Positions 1 to 10,501 are shown, counted from the first letter of the stretch. The stretch is 64,000 bases of DNA from Candidatus Obscuribacteraceae bacterium (GCA_044229845.1 JBGASG010000004.1:160001-224000); one strand, 5' to 3'. The notes: generated by a model not told the origin, from the sequence alone. Translations and numbers: made by a program.

Positions 1-909
1 ATCAACAACTTCATGTCTCCGGTCGCCGAAAACATGAACAACCTGACGGTGCACGCGTTCACCGCCAGTAAGGCTTATAGCTTGCTGACAAAGCAAGACT
101 GGGGCGGGTTGGCTAACTTGTGTTATCAGGCGACATTCGATCACATGACAGGCTTCCTGTTCATGATCAACCTCTCTTTCATGTATATCTTCGGGTCCTG
201 GCTCGAGAAAAAGCTCTGGGGCTGGCGTTACTTGTCCTTTCTACTCCTGGCGGTTTTCGTGCCCTGGGCGATTTTGTTTTACGACGTGAAGAGTGCGCCG
301 TCGCTCGTCGAAAAAATGTTTGTCAGCCCCATGCTGATGCTTCTGTTCATGGCCGGCGGCTATGCTGCCGTGAAGCCGGAAAAACCGTTCGTCCCGGCAG
401 ACTGGGTGCGCCCGAGCTGGAAAATCTTCCGCCAGGAGCGCAAAGTCCCGCTGATGGAGATGTACTGGGTTTCTCCATGGGTGTTCGTAATCGTCTTGAT
501 TGTCTATGCCAGCCTCATCAACGTGGGAATGGGCATCAACCGCCGTATGGTCCTGGATCTGCCGGGCGGCAGCCCGATGATGGCTCAAGCACACCGCTGG
601 ATGATCGGTCGCATCGACCAGGCCGACCAGATAGCCGCCTTCTCATGGCTGGCAGCAATCGGAACGCTGGCAGCCGGCGCCATTAGCGCCCCGACACTGC
701 TCATGATTCGCATGACGACCCAAGCGAAGCGGTCCGGCGGCGTACTGCAGCAGCGCGCATTACAGCACTATAAAGAATTGCGTTCGCTGGACATGACCCA
801 CGACCAGGCGCTGGAAGGCACTTCCAAATTCCTGGCCGTGCCTCTGGACATCTGCCGAGACTGGATCGCCAAAGGGCAGGCAGCGCTCAAGCAAGAGAAG
901 AAGAACTAA
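1..909 (+). CDS. Rhomboid-like intramembrane protein, probably 5'-truncated by the window edge; catalytic residues not evident
   Basis: Frame is open from base 1. Multiple TM segments. DHMTGFLFMINLSFMYIFGSWLEKKLWGWRYL resembles the rhomboid H..N...L..FG..LE..G..RF motif. Confidence 0.55.
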   Translation: MNNFMSPVAENMNNLTVHAFTASKAYSLLTKQDWGGLANLCYQATFDHMTGFLFMINLSFMYIFGSWLEKKLWGWRYLSFLLLAVFVPWAILFYDVKSAPSLVEKMFVSPMLMLLFMAGGYAAVKPEKPFVPADWVRPSWKIFRQERKVPLMEMYWVSPWVFVIVLIVYASLINVGMGINRRMVLDLPGGSPMMAQAHRWMIGRIDQADQIAAFSWLAAIGTLAAGAISAPTLLMIRMTTQAKRSGGVLQQRALQHYKELRSLDMTHDQALEGTSKFLAVPLDICRDWIAKGQAALKQEKKN

Positions 910-1034
910 GTTCAAGCCTGTCCCATGCCATTACAACCAATTAATCGCTTTTTGGCTTAAAAGCGCACAACGGTTGCGGTTTTCGGACCATGTTAAGATA
1001 GGCACCTTCATCTTGGCAGGCGCCCGAGAATTTG

Positions 1035-3008
1035 ATGCCTTCTCTAGGAAACATTTCCAGCGAATCCGTGACTGATACAGCCCCCCGCTCACCCGGAAAG
1101 ACGCTGACCCCCCTCGACCGTGCGGACCAGCCCGATAGCGTGCCGCACCACTGGTGGCGGCGTGTCGCCTGGTTGCGCATCCTGCAAGTGGTGCTGGATG
1201 CCCTGCTGGTCGCGGCGGCCCTGTCCGGCGCTTTCCTGATTAGATTTGATGGCTCGCTGCATACCGCCTACACGCGCCAGCTCCTGTATTTCCTGCCGGC
1301 ATTCGTGGCGCTGCGCCTGATTACCAATTATTTCTGCGGTGTGTACCGCCGCCTCTGGCGCTACACCGGACTGGCGGAGACTGTCGAACTGGCAGTCTCG
1401 GTTTTGATCGTCACCACTTTGTTTGTCATCGCTCGCGCCCTGGGCTGGCTCAATTTCGACGGACGACAATTATCCTGGGGCATCTTGCTGACTGAACCGG
1501 GCGTCACGTTTCTTCTCCTGTCGGGCGCCCGCGTCTTGCGCCGCCTGCAGACCGAACACAATCAGCGCCGGCACTGGCGCCAGCCGGTACGCAGCCGCGC
1601 ATTGATCGTCGGCGCCGGGGACGCCGGACAGATGGTGGCGCGCGAAATCATGCAGCGCCCCGATGTCGGCATCGATGTCGTGGGCTTGATCGACGATGAT
1701 CCGCAAAAGACCCAGAAACGCATCGGGCACCTCACCGTATTCGGTACCACGAAAGAACTGGCAAAACTGTCCGAAGACTTCTTCATCGATCAGGTGATCA
1801 TCGCCATGCCGTCGGCACCGCCGGCGGAAATTCGCCGCATCCTGGATATTTGCCGCATCTGCGAAGTGCAAGCTCGCATCTTGCCGGGGCTGTTCGAATT
1901 GATCGACGGACGCGTCAGCGTCAACCAGCTGCGCGAAGTATCGCTCGCCGACTTGCTCGGCCGTGAAGCGGTAGACATGGACAGCGCTTCCATTGCCGGC
2001 TACGTTGAGAAACGGACAGTGCTGATCACCGGCGCCGGCGGCTCGATCGGCAGCGAACTGTGCCGCCAGATTATGCGCTTTCAGCCGCACGAATTGATTT
2101 TGCTCGGTCGCGGCGAAAACAGCATCTTCACGATCATGGAAGAGCTGAAACGCAGCGTCGAACCGGTAAAGCTGACACCAGTCATTGCCGATGTGCGCGA
2201 CTACGATCGGTTGTTGTATTTGTTTGAAAAACACAAACCGCAAGTCGTCTTCCATGCCGCAGCACACAAGCATGTCCCCCTGATGGAAGCCAATCCCAGT
2301 GAGGCTGTCAGCAACAACATCGGCGGCACACAGAACATCGCCAACCTGGCTGATCAATTTGGTGTAGAGACTTTCGTTCTCGTCTCCAGCGATAAGGCCG
2401 TCAATCCCACCTCGGTCATGGGCGCCACCAAGCGCATTGCGGAACTGGTGATTCAAGATCTGGCGAAACGCTCGCGCACCAAATTCGTAGCAGTGCGCTT
2501 CGGAAATGTGCTGGACAGCCGAGGTTCCGTGCTGCCAATCTGGCGCCAGCAGATCGCTGCCGGCGGACCGGTGACCGTCACCCACCCAGACGTCACCCGC
2601 TACTTCATGATCATTCCGGAAGCGGTACAACTGATTATCCAGGCCGGCGCCACCGGCATGAGCGGCAACATCTTCGTACTGGATATGGGCAAACCGATTC
2701 GCATCGTCGACCTGGCTCATGACCTGATCAAACTGTCGGGGCTGACGCCTGGCGAAGACATTGAAGTGGAATTCGTCGGTCTGCGTCCAGGCGAGAAACT
2801 GCACGAAGAGCTGCTCACCGCCGAGGAAGGTCTGACCAAGACTACATACAAAAAAATCTTCGTGGGCGCCCCGCAATCGATAGATTCGGCGTGGCTGACC
2901 AGCGAGTTGCGCGGGTTGTTTACAGCCGCCGATAACGAAGATGAGAAGAGCGTCCGCACCTGCCTGGGCAGTATGGTGGGCGGAAACCTGGCAAAGAAGC
3001 TAACATAA
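1035..3008 (+). CDS. Polysaccharide biosynthesis nucleoside-diphosphate sugar dehydratase (CapD/PglF/WbpM family)
   Basis: N-terminal TM helices, GAGDAG, TGAGGSIGSEL, FHAAAHKHVP, SSDKAVNPTSVMGATKR, VRFGNVLDSRGSV, GLRPGEKLHEEL. Confidence 0.92.
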   Translation: MPSLGNISSESVTDTAPRSPGKTLTPLDRADQPDSVPHHWWRRVAWLRILQVVLDALLVAAALSGAFLIRFDGSLHTAYTRQLLYFLPAFVALRLITNYFCGVYRRLWRYTGLAETVELAVSVLIVTTLFVIARALGWLNFDGRQLSWGILLTEPGVTFLLLSGARVLRRLQTEHNQRRHWRQPVRSRALIVGAGDAGQMVAREIMQRPDVGIDVVGLIDDDPQKTQKRIGHLTVFGTTKELAKLSEDFFIDQVIIAMPSAPPAEIRRILDICRICEVQARILPGLFELIDGRVSVNQLREVSLADLLGREAVDMDSASIAGYVEKRTVLITGAGGSIGSELCRQIMRFQPHELILLGRGENSIFTIMEELKRSVEPVKLTPVIADVRDYDRLLYLFEKHKPQVVFHAAAHKHVPLMEANPSEAVSNNIGGTQNIANLADQFGVETFVLVSSDKAVNPTSVMGATKRIAELVIQDLAKRSRTKFVAVRFGNVLDSRGSVLPIWRQQIAAGGPVTVTHPDVTRYFMIIPEAVQLIIQAGATGMSGNIFVLDMGKPIRIVDLAHDLIKLSGLTPGEDIEVEFVGLRPGEKLHEELLTAEEGLTKTTYKKIFVGAPQSIDSAWLTSELRGLFTAADNEDEKSVRTCLGSMVGGNLAKKLT

Positions 3009-3064
3009 TTGATTGCGCAAGTGCAGAGGGGGTCCTCGAATCTCCTTAGGGCAAATCAACAGAA

Positions 3065-3931
3065 GTGTTGAAATCAAGAGGAGCGCTGGATTTGATTTCC
3101 GCTCAGTTGTCTCAGAAAGAAGAGTCGTTGGTCGCGCGCCTGAAAGCGCTCGACAGCGTTATTGTTGCTTACTCCGGTGGTGTCGATAGTTCGCTTCTGG
3201 CATATTACGCGCGGCGCGTTTTGCAGGATGCCGCCTTGATTGTCATCGCTGTGTCTCCCAGCCTCGCGCAAGACGAGCTGTCGGCGGCGCGCGCGCAAGC
3301 CGAGGCGTTCTCCTTCAATCTTCTGGAGATAGAAACCAACGAACTCGACAAAGACGAATACGCCCGCAACGATGCCATGCGCTGCTACGTATGCAAAGGA
3401 ACTCTTTTTGAATCTCTGCAGAAACTGGCGGCCGAGCGCGGAATGCGTCACATCGCCTACGGAGCCAACGTGAATGACTTGTCGGATTTTCGCCCCGGTC
3501 AAAAAGCCGCCCGCGAGTTTTCCGTCGTCAGCCCTCTCTTAGATGCCGGACTGGGCAAGGAAGAGATTCGTCAATTAGCTTATCAAGCCGGTCTGCCGTC
3601 ATGGGACCGTCCGCAGGCAGCTTGTCTTTCTTCGCGTTTCCCGACATTTGAAAAAGTCACCATCGAAGGATTGTCGCAAGTAGATCGCGCGGAGGCGTTT
3701 CTTCACTCGCTTGGCTTCAAGCAAATACGCGTGCGCCACCACGGCGACATCGCCCGCATCGAGATTGATGAGCCTGAGCTGGAGGCATTTTTGAGCGACA
3801 CAGCGCTTTTGTCACGCATCTCGGCGCGACTCAAAGAATTTGGCTATCGCTACGTGACGGTCGACCTGGAACCTTATCGACAGGGTTCTTCCAATCGCCT
3901 CACGGCTGCGGTTGCGGAAGCGGAGAGCTGA
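3065..3931 (+). CDS. larE: ATP-dependent sacrificial sulfur transferase LarE
   Basis: PP-loop AYSGGVDS, RCYVCK, D.RPG, ACLSSRFP, RVRHHG. Adjacent to larB. Start uncertain. Confidence 0.88.
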   Translation: MLKSRGALDLISAQLSQKEESLVARLKALDSVIVAYSGGVDSSLLAYYARRVLQDAALIVIAVSPSLAQDELSAARAQAEAFSFNLLEIETNELDKDEYARNDAMRCYVCKGTLFESLQKLAAERGMRHIAYGANVNDLSDFRPGQKAAREFSVVSPLLDAGLGKEEIRQLAYQAGLPSWDRPQAACLSSRFPTFEKVTIEGLSQVDRAEAFLHSLGFKQIRVRHHGDIARIEIDEPELEAFLSDTALLSRISARLKEFGYRYVTVDLEPYRQGSSNRLTAAVAEAES

Positions 3932-3938
3932 GCGAAAG

Positions 3939-4715
3939 ATGGATGCAGAGCGACTGGCAGCGATACTGAATGCGGTGGCACGAGGAGAAGCCACCGTCGA
4001 AGCCGCCATGGAGCAGCTAAAGTCATTGCCCTTCGAAAATCTTGGGTTCGCAAACATAGATCTGCATCGCACATTGCGCCAGGGAATGCCTGAGGTGATC
4101 TTTTGCCCCGGCAAACAGATCGAACAAATCATCGCCATCGCCAATCAGTTGCGCAAGCATCACGCGCTGGTGATCGCCACTCGCGCCGATCAAGAAGTGG
4201 CGGAGCGAATACTGGAGCTGGACCAGGCAGCGGAATATGATGCCTCGGCGCGCGTATTATACTGGGGCACCATCCCCGGTGCCGACCCGCAGTTACCGAC
4301 CGTGGCAGTTGTCACCGCCGGTACTGCCGACCTGCCCGTCGCCGATGAAGCGGCATTTGTGCTCTCCACCCTGCGGGTGCCGGTGGTGCGTCTGAATGAT
4401 GTGGGCGTGGCGGGTATCCACAGACTGCTGAACCAGTTCGACCGGATACGTCACGCGCAAGTGACGATCGTGGTCGCCGGCATGGATGGCGCTTTGCCTA
4501 GCGTCGTCGCAGGAATGGCTGCCGGGCCGGTGATTGCCGTACCGACTTCAGTTGGTTATGGCGCCGCCTTTGAAGGACTGGCAGCCCTGCTCACCATGTT
4601 GAACTCGTGCGCGGCCGGCGTCACTGTGGTCAACATCGATAACGGATTCGGGGCCGCCGTTGCAGCCCATCGACTGATCAGCACCTTGCCGATTGTTGGC
4701 TATCGAGTACAATAG
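3939..4715 (+). CDS. larB: Nickel pincer cofactor biosynthesis protein LarB (AIR carboxylase-like)
   Basis: DLHRTLRQGMPEVIF, AGTADLPVA.EA, DVGVAGIHRL, AGMDGALPSVV, PTSVGYG, VVNIDNGFGA. Confidence 0.92.
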   Translation: MDAERLAAILNAVARGEATVEAAMEQLKSLPFENLGFANIDLHRTLRQGMPEVIFCPGKQIEQIIAIANQLRKHHALVIATRADQEVAERILELDQAAEYDASARVLYWGTIPGADPQLPTVAVVTAGTADLPVADEAAFVLSTLRVPVVRLNDVGVAGIHRLLNQFDRIRHAQVTIVVAGMDGALPSVVAGMAAGPVIAVPTSVGYGAAFEGLAALLTMLNSCAAGVTVVNIDNGFGAAVAAHRLISTLPIVGYRVQ

Positions 4716-4719
4716 CCCA

Positions 4720-5289
4720 ATGAATGTTGTTACCGGCTTCGTGATTGGTATTGCCATCCTGGCTTTGGTCATCGCCTTCGTCATCTCACGAATGCTCAAA
4801 CAATATGATGTCCTGCTCGGCGCCGAGAATATCGCTGACATGTCGAGGGCGCTGATTGAGTTAAAGCGTCTGTCCAACGGCGATCAATTGCTTTCCGAAA
4901 CACCCACCGACGTGCCCACGACACTGCGCGCGCTGACCGGTGTCGGCATGCGAGTGATCTATACAGTGGTGGCAAATCAGAGAATCTATCATCATCACAT
5001 CTCACTGTCCTATTCCGGACAGCCGATTGCACACAGCGCCGGCATGACGCTCGCTTCGTGGATCGCCTATACCCTCGATGTGCCGACTGAAAAAGTCTCC
5101 GTACCGGTCAACATGGGCAACGGGTCAGTGCGGCATATTCAGTTTCAGCTCGACGAAGCAGCACAAAGTACATTTGTTGCACGCCCCGTGAAAGTCGTGA
5201 AGAAACCCGACGTCACGCCAGACCTGTGGAAACAAGTCATGTCCAATCGCAAAGCGATCGAAACAAATTCACTCGCGGTCGGGAATTGA
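4720..5289 (+). CDS. Hypothetical protein with N-terminal membrane anchor
   Basis: ATG 4 nt after the larB stop; hydrophobic N-terminal helix; ~189 aa. Confidence 0.6.
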   Translation: MNVVTGFVIGIAILALVIAFVISRMLKQYDVLLGAENIADMSRALIELKRLSNGDQLLSETPTDVPTTLRALTGVGMRVIYTVVANQRIYHHHISLSYSGQPIAHSAGMTLASWIAYTLDVPTEKVSVPVNMGNGSVRHIQFQLDEAAQSTFVARPVKVVKKPDVTPDLWKQVMSNRKAIETNSLAVGN

Positions 5290-5344
5290 GTAGCCGCGCT
5301 GCCATAGGTTGGCGAAGCGACATCCGAACCCGGTACCAAGGAAG

Positions 5345-8300
5345 TTACTGCGGCAAGGCTGCCGCTCGACGGGTCAACTCTTCATCCAGACGATCTACTG
5401 TTTTCTGAGTCAACCAAGGTCGGACTATCTTGGCAAATTTTTGCGCGTCGCTGGTTGAAAGATCGCGAATGTAGTACGCGATGAAATCTTCATGATCGAT
5501 CTGCTTTCCCCCGGCTCTCAGAAATTCATTCTGATACGCCAGTGCTCGATCGAGGGGATCTTTGGACCTCAGAAGTCCAAAGAGAGTTTCGCTTAGGGGC
5601 TTTCCTTGAGACAGACTCTCTCTAACAGACGCGGCATATGTGGATAGCAGCTTTTGGAAATGAGCATCGACAGCCTGCGATTGGGCTGGATGTGACCAAC
5701 GCAATTGTTGGATCAGGTCGGCCAGACTGGTCAATACTTTGTCGTTAGCTTCCCCGCCAGCCTTAACACCAGCTTGAAATAACAGGAAAGCGCGTTCCTT
5801 GTCCGCGGCGTTCAATGCAGCCTCGAAAAATGCCTGCCCCTGTCCCTGAAATCCTTTATGCTGCAAGGCGTGCTGCAACACCTGGTCAGCTTGTGGCGTC
5901 GACAGCCCTCGCAGCGCGTCTTGGAGGGACTGCCCATTAATTGCCCCTCGCGAAGCCACAAAGTCGAGCAGCGCTATTCGCGCTTCCGGTGTAGGAATCT
6001 GCGCGAACCAGGATCTGACGACGCGAACGTCGGACGCATCTTTAACGATTGTCGGATTGAGGCTGACTTCCCGCAACAGATTCAATGTCGCCGCGCTTTG
6101 ATCTTGCTTGACCAGATAAGACAGCGCTTCCAGGGCAACTTTCTGATCACCGGTCTTAACACTTGATTCGACCAATTGGCGCGTGCGATCGGCAGGCAAG
6201 ATGCTATCAGCCACGGCCCGCCCCGATGGTGTCTCGCGCAGTTGTTGTAAGAATCTCAAGTGATTGACGATCTGCTCTTGCTGAGAGCCTGATGCGATGT
6301 CTTTCTCAAGTTGACGCCTGTAGACAGGCAAAATTTCCTTCTCCACGTAGGCGATTCGCTGTCGCAGTACTTCGGCAGTTACTCCCAACTTTGCAGGATC
6401 GGCTGTGTCCAGAACGCGCTTGAGGAAGGCGGCCGCCGCAATCGAGCGAGCCGGCGCATTGTGCACAAGCAGAGAAAATTCCTCGGCGCTACCACGCAAG
6501 AACTGCTCTCCGAAGTGCACGGCCCAGTTCTCGCCCACATCTTTGGTTGCGTACTCGCGAGCATAGAATCCGTTTCGTTCGACCCTTGCCGCCTGCTCGA
6601 AGGCAGCAAATTCTTCGGTAAATTTGAATTGCAGTGTATGGGCATTCTCGTGTTGCAAAACAAAGAGTAGCTGATCTGCTTTCGTGCCTCCGAAAAAGCG
6701 AATTTCAAATTGGGTGGACGCGTCAGCCAATACTCCATATGAGCCCTGCGGCTTGATTTTTTCCTCGGTTAGCTGAATGCGTTTTATTGCAGAGTCGCGG
6801 CTGGGTAGAAACGGCAGCGACTGCAAGACTTGTTCCGGCAATACAGCGTCACGCAATGGGTGTTTGCTGAGCGTCTCTTGAGCGATTCGAGCGGCCTGCG
6901 CCTTGACCGGATCCGTTGCATTGACTTCGGCCGCAGCCAAGCGCAGTTGCCTAATCTCATCCAGCTTAGCAGCGTAAGCCTTGTCGATCACAAACTCAAG
7001 ATCCGAGCCGCGCACCTTGTAAATCAGAACATCGCGCTCTTCAGTTGGAATTCGCTCGTTCTCTTTAAGCGGCGGGCGGCGAGCGTCAGAAATGGGTAAC
7101 TGAGCTTTGTCGGCGCGCGGTGGCTCTAGCAGCCTGTCCAGTTCAGGTTGATTGAGAGCGTTGCGCGGGCGAGTTTCATCAAATCCGAAGCGCCGCAAAA
7201 ACTCCTCTCCTTTTTGCCGCGCCACATTTGGGTCTAACCCCGCCTTCCTGACTATGCTATCGAGCGTTGTCCCTTCCAGATCACCAGGTACTTTCGATCG
7301 CAGAAACGGCAACGCGCCAGCTGTAAAGACGCCACCAAGAATAAAGGCGGTCAGGGCTCGTGAGAGTGTCTCGGCTGTGGGCTTGCCATCCAGTACTGAC
7401 TCCAATGCCTGAATCAAACTGTTGGACCCTCCGCCTATCAACGAGGAAGGTAAGAGTTCGTTCTTGATGAAATCGCGCACCAATCGGCTGCCGTGCTCTG
7501 CCAGTCCTTTTTCGACTGCCGACTTTAACGCGGCTTCCTGACCCGGCTTTGCGAAGGCCGCAACAAAACGCTCGAACTCCGCCTGATGGATTTTGCCACC
7601 ATTCTCGAATGAGTTTCTGACCAGCCTCGAAAGCTCAACCGCGAAAGCTCCCTGCCGCTCTTCAGGAACCAGACTCTTAGCCAGTTTTGCTGTGGTAAGG
7701 GCTGTCTGATCGCCGAGCTGCAGCAGCCTGGTCAGGTGCTCAGGTCTGAGGAAGTTGAGAGCCGCGAGCGACCCGCCCAGAAGCGCATCTCGCAATATAC
7801 GCTGATCGTAGTCCTGCCCCAGGAGCAGCGCCTTACCAATTGGACGAGCCTCGGCTGCCGCCAGAATGGCAATGGCTCTGAAGGCCAGGTGCACTCCCGG
7901 ACTGCCGGCGGGCAGGGTGGCCAGAGTAATTGCCAGGTCTACAACCAGGTCGGCTGTGGCAGTCTTGGAGTCGATAAATAATCTTAGAGCGTTCTGAGTA
8001 TTCTCTATGAGCCGCTGCTGTTCTTGAAGAGGCAACTCGGCAAAACGCTTTGATGCTTCTGCCAAACGAGCGGCGTGTTCTTGATGCGCATTATCAGCAA
8101 GCACACCCGTGCCGGTAAACAGAGCAGCGAATTCAGCAAACCAACCTCCTCGACTCTGATAATACTCGCGCAAACTTTGATCGAAAGCCTGTCTTTGATC
8201 GCGCGGTATTTCTTTGCCCAGGCGCCCAAGCTCAAAAGCATCTCCCTTGGAGAAAGTCGATTCTAGTGAGTGCTCAAATGAGCCGTAGTTTCTCTCGTAT

Positions 8301-10501
8301 CGATCTTTGAGAGCCGGGCGCAGCCCCGGTGGTAATTCGTCGAAAGCAGCTTTTACAGAAGCTTTGTCCTTCGCCGCGATCGCCAGGCGCAAACGATCAG
8401 CAGGGTCTAAAAAACCATTTTCAGCCGTCCGCAGTGCAATGGTTCTCTCTTCGGGGGACCAATAGCCTATGATGCGCTTTTGCAAGTCGCCGTCGCCAAG
8501 AAACTTTTGCCGTTCTTCGGGACTAGCATTAGCAATCTGCCTGGCAAAAGCAATGCGATCATAAGTGCCAAGACTTGCCTGCTGCGCAAGCGGCAAGCTG
8601 CCTTTCTCCAGAAGCGGCTTGACGTAAGCCTCAAATAAGTCAACTTTGCCATCGACCGCTTTTATTGGCTGCGGTCGATCGATTTGATTGAACAAATCTT
8701 TTGAAACCTTAGGAAAAGCCTGGCTTAGAGCCTCTTGCAGCCGACTATCTTCCGGACGCGGATTGAGTATGCGATCCTTCAGGTTCGGATCTTTTCTGAT
8801 TGCCTCTTGAATGTCTTGCAACAGTTGTCTGACTCGTTGCGGGTCGGTAGCAAACGTGCGAGACTCGGCCGCGAGAAGCAGTTTATCCGTCAAAGGAAGT
8901 TCAGGTTTACGCCCTTCGGCAGCCTGCTGCAAAAGGCTGCGCGCCGCGTCTTTGCCCACATCGCTGCGTACGAGAGAGAGTATGGTTTCATCTACTTCTT
9001 TTCTGTATTTCTCGTCGCGGGCATGTCTTTCCAGCGAACCTTTATCTATGCCCTCCAGCAGCCGCAAAACTCGCTCGTCGTCAGGAATACCGCGTTGTCC
9101 TTCTTGCTTCAAGTTGAACAAGAATCTACCTGAGGCAACAATCGACTGTTCGAAACTTCTCACCTCGGGAGCAAATTTTTGGTCCAGGATTCTCTCACTG
9201 CGGGACAGCGCATCACCAGATTGCAAAGTGCGCAGAAGCTCGCGCACGCGCTCCAAGTAGGAGGGATCTGATTTTGCTCTTTCCCAATCAGCGCGACTGA
9301 TGTTTTGTAGATCGCTTTGGATAGCCGTCTCGCTGCCGTTGCGAAAAACACCGCGCTGCTGAGCCAGCTTGGCGATCAACTCGCTGCCACCATCATTGAT
9401 GTAGTCAAGCCACTTGATCGCTTCCGTAGGGTTGGTGGCATCGGTCAGGACTTTTTTGGCGTCGTCGTATTCTTTCAAAGACTGCAGTTGGCTGGGATTC
9501 AGTTCGCCAGGATTGCCGCCCTTGTCGAGCCATTGCCTGAGCCTCTCTCCTTCCCCGATAGCCAGCCTGCGATCGGCTGGCAGTTGATCGATGGTCTGCT
9601 TTATCGCAGCTTCGCCGGTGGAGACAAGACCAATTTGCTCCTTGAGGAGCGTTTTAAAGGACAAGCGTCCGGTTTGCAGCAACTCTTGAGCCAGGCGCGA
9701 CTCGCGCGTCGGATCGTAAGAGACCTCGCCTGTGATTCTGTCCACAGACGGCTGCCCGAAAGTCTTGGTAATCTCGGCCGGACTGAGCTCCTTTTGCAAG
9801 CGCTGGCGTCCCGCTTCACTCGCCGTGCGTAACGCCCGCTCGAAAAGATGGAAGTTTCGCTCCGTCAGGGCAGCGCGAGCCAGATCTATATCATCTTGAG
9901 GAGTCCGCTGATCGGTGCCCTTCAGAAAGATGCCCAGCGCCTTTTGCTCCGCCTCTGACAGGCGCCCATGTTTGGCGAGCCGATCGAGAAGATTGGTGCC
10001 ATCGGTTTGCTGTGTTAGTAACTTGAGTTCGCGGATTTGATCGGAGTTGAGCGTCGACAGCGTATCGGTCAATTCCTTGAATGTGGTGCCCGGCTTCAAG
10101 AGACTCTCATTCAGTTCACGCAATAGACGCTCCACCCGATGCGCGTCGAATCTCAGATCTGCACTTCTGGGTTGTCTATCGGGAGCAGGCACCTCCGAAT
10201 TAGAGCCGCTGATTGCGTTTCGTTCTCCAACCAGGGTGACCGGCAGCGTCGGCAGGCGCTCGCCCGCCCTCAACAGATCTGGCTGGCCAAGAAACGCTAC
10301 CTGCGGCAGTGCGTCGCCACTGTCGCGAAGTGTCAGGGAGGGAAAGCCATGTCTGATTGGTTCCGCAGCGGCCAATGCCACCGCCGGCGGCGGCGCCTCG
10401 ACTCGCATATCTACTAAAGGAAAGACTAGTGCGGCTTCTGGCGCCGGTTCCGGCGCGTCCGTCCGCAGGGCGAGTTTAGACTCGGAATCCGATGAATCCA
10501 T
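5345..10501 (-). CDS. Large hypothetical protein (1718 aa): annexin-like helical repeats, central hydrophobic helices, C-terminal HExxH zinc-metallopeptidase-like region
   Basis: Uninterrupted 5.1-kb ORF. LQHENAH at 6638-6652, followed by YAREYATKDVGENWA. Hydrophobic Gly/Ala helices mid-protein. Confidence 0.75.
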   Translation of the reverse strand: MDSSDSESKLALRTDAPEPAPEAALVFPLVDMRVEAPPPAVALAAAEPIRHGFPSLTLRDSGDALPQVAFLGQPDLLRAGERLPTLPVTLVGERNAISGSNSEVPAPDRQPRSADLRFDAHRVERLLRELNESLLKPGTTFKELTDTLSTLNSDQIRELKLLTQQTDGTNLLDRLAKHGRLSEAEQKALGIFLKGTDQRTPQDDIDLARAALTERNFHLFERALRTASEAGRQRLQKELSPAEITKTFGQPSVDRITGEVSYDPTRESRLAQELLQTGRLSFKTLLKEQIGLVSTGEAAIKQTIDQLPADRRLAIGEGERLRQWLDKGGNPGELNPSQLQSLKEYDDAKKVLTDATNPTEAIKWLDYINDGGSELIAKLAQQRGVFRNGSETAIQSDLQNISRADWERAKSDPSYLERVRELLRTLQSGDALSRSERILDQKFAPEVRSFEQSIVASGRFLFNLKQEGQRGIPDDERVLRLLEGIDKGSLERHARDEKYRKEVDETILSLVRSDVGKDAARSLLQQAAEGRKPELPLTDKLLLAAESRTFATDPQRVRQLLQDIQEAIRKDPNLKDRILNPRPEDSRLQEALSQAFPKVSKDLFNQIDRPQPIKAVDGKVDLFEAYVKPLLEKGSLPLAQQASLGTYDRIAFARQIANASPEERQKFLGDGDLQKRIIGYWSPEERTIALRTAENGFLDPADRLRLAIAAKDKASVKAAFDELPPGLRPALKDRYERNYGSFEHSLESTFSKGDAFELGRLGKEIPRDQRQAFDQSLREYYQSRGGWFAEFAALFTGTGVLADNAHQEHAARLAEASKRFAELPLQEQQRLIENTQNALRLFIDSKTATADLVVDLAITLATLPAGSPGVHLAFRAIAILAAAEARPIGKALLLGQDYDQRILRDALLGGSLAALNFLRPEHLTRLLQLGDQTALTTAKLAKSLVPEERQGAFAVELSRLVRNSFENGGKIHQAEFERFVAAFAKPGQEAALKSAVEKGLAEHGSRLVRDFIKNELLPSSLIGGGSNSLIQALESVLDGKPTAETLSRALTAFILGGVFTAGALPFLRSKVPGDLEGTTLDSIVRKAGLDPNVARQKGEEFLRRFGFDETRPRNALNQPELDRLLEPPRADKAQLPISDARRPPLKENERIPTEERDVLIYKVRGSDLEFVIDKAYAAKLDEIRQLRLAAAEVNATDPVKAQAARIAQETLSKHPLRDAVLPEQVLQSLPFLPSRDSAIKRIQLTEEKIKPQGSYGVLADASTQFEIRFFGGTKADQLLFVLQHENAHTLQFKFTEEFAAFEQAARVERNGFYAREYATKDVGENWAVHFGEQFLRGSAEEFSLLVHNAPARSIAAAAFLKRVLDTADPAKLGVTAEVLRQRIAYVEKEILPVYRRQLEKDIASGSQQEQIVNHLRFLQQLRETPSGRAVADSILPADRTRQLVESSVKTGDQKVALEALSYLVKQDQSAATLNLLREVSLNPTIVKDASDVRVVRSWFAQIPTPEARIALLDFVASRGAINGQSLQDALRGLSTPQADQVLQHALQHKGFQGQGQAFFEAALNAADKERAFLLFQAGVKAGGEANDKVLTSLADLIQQLRWSHPAQSQAVDAHFQKLLSTYAASVRESLSQGKPLSETLFGLLRSKDPLDRALAYQNEFLRAGGKQIDHEDFIAYYIRDLSTSDAQKFAKIVRPWLTQKTVDRLDEELTRRAAALPQ

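Noticed and set aside
1470..2876. Long antisense ORFs (also 33166-34074, 34836-36116, 12326-13396, 48723-49874, 59294-60349, 61274-62311)
   Set aside because: Shadow frames opposite well-supported genes, expected in GC-rich DNA; no recognisable motifs.
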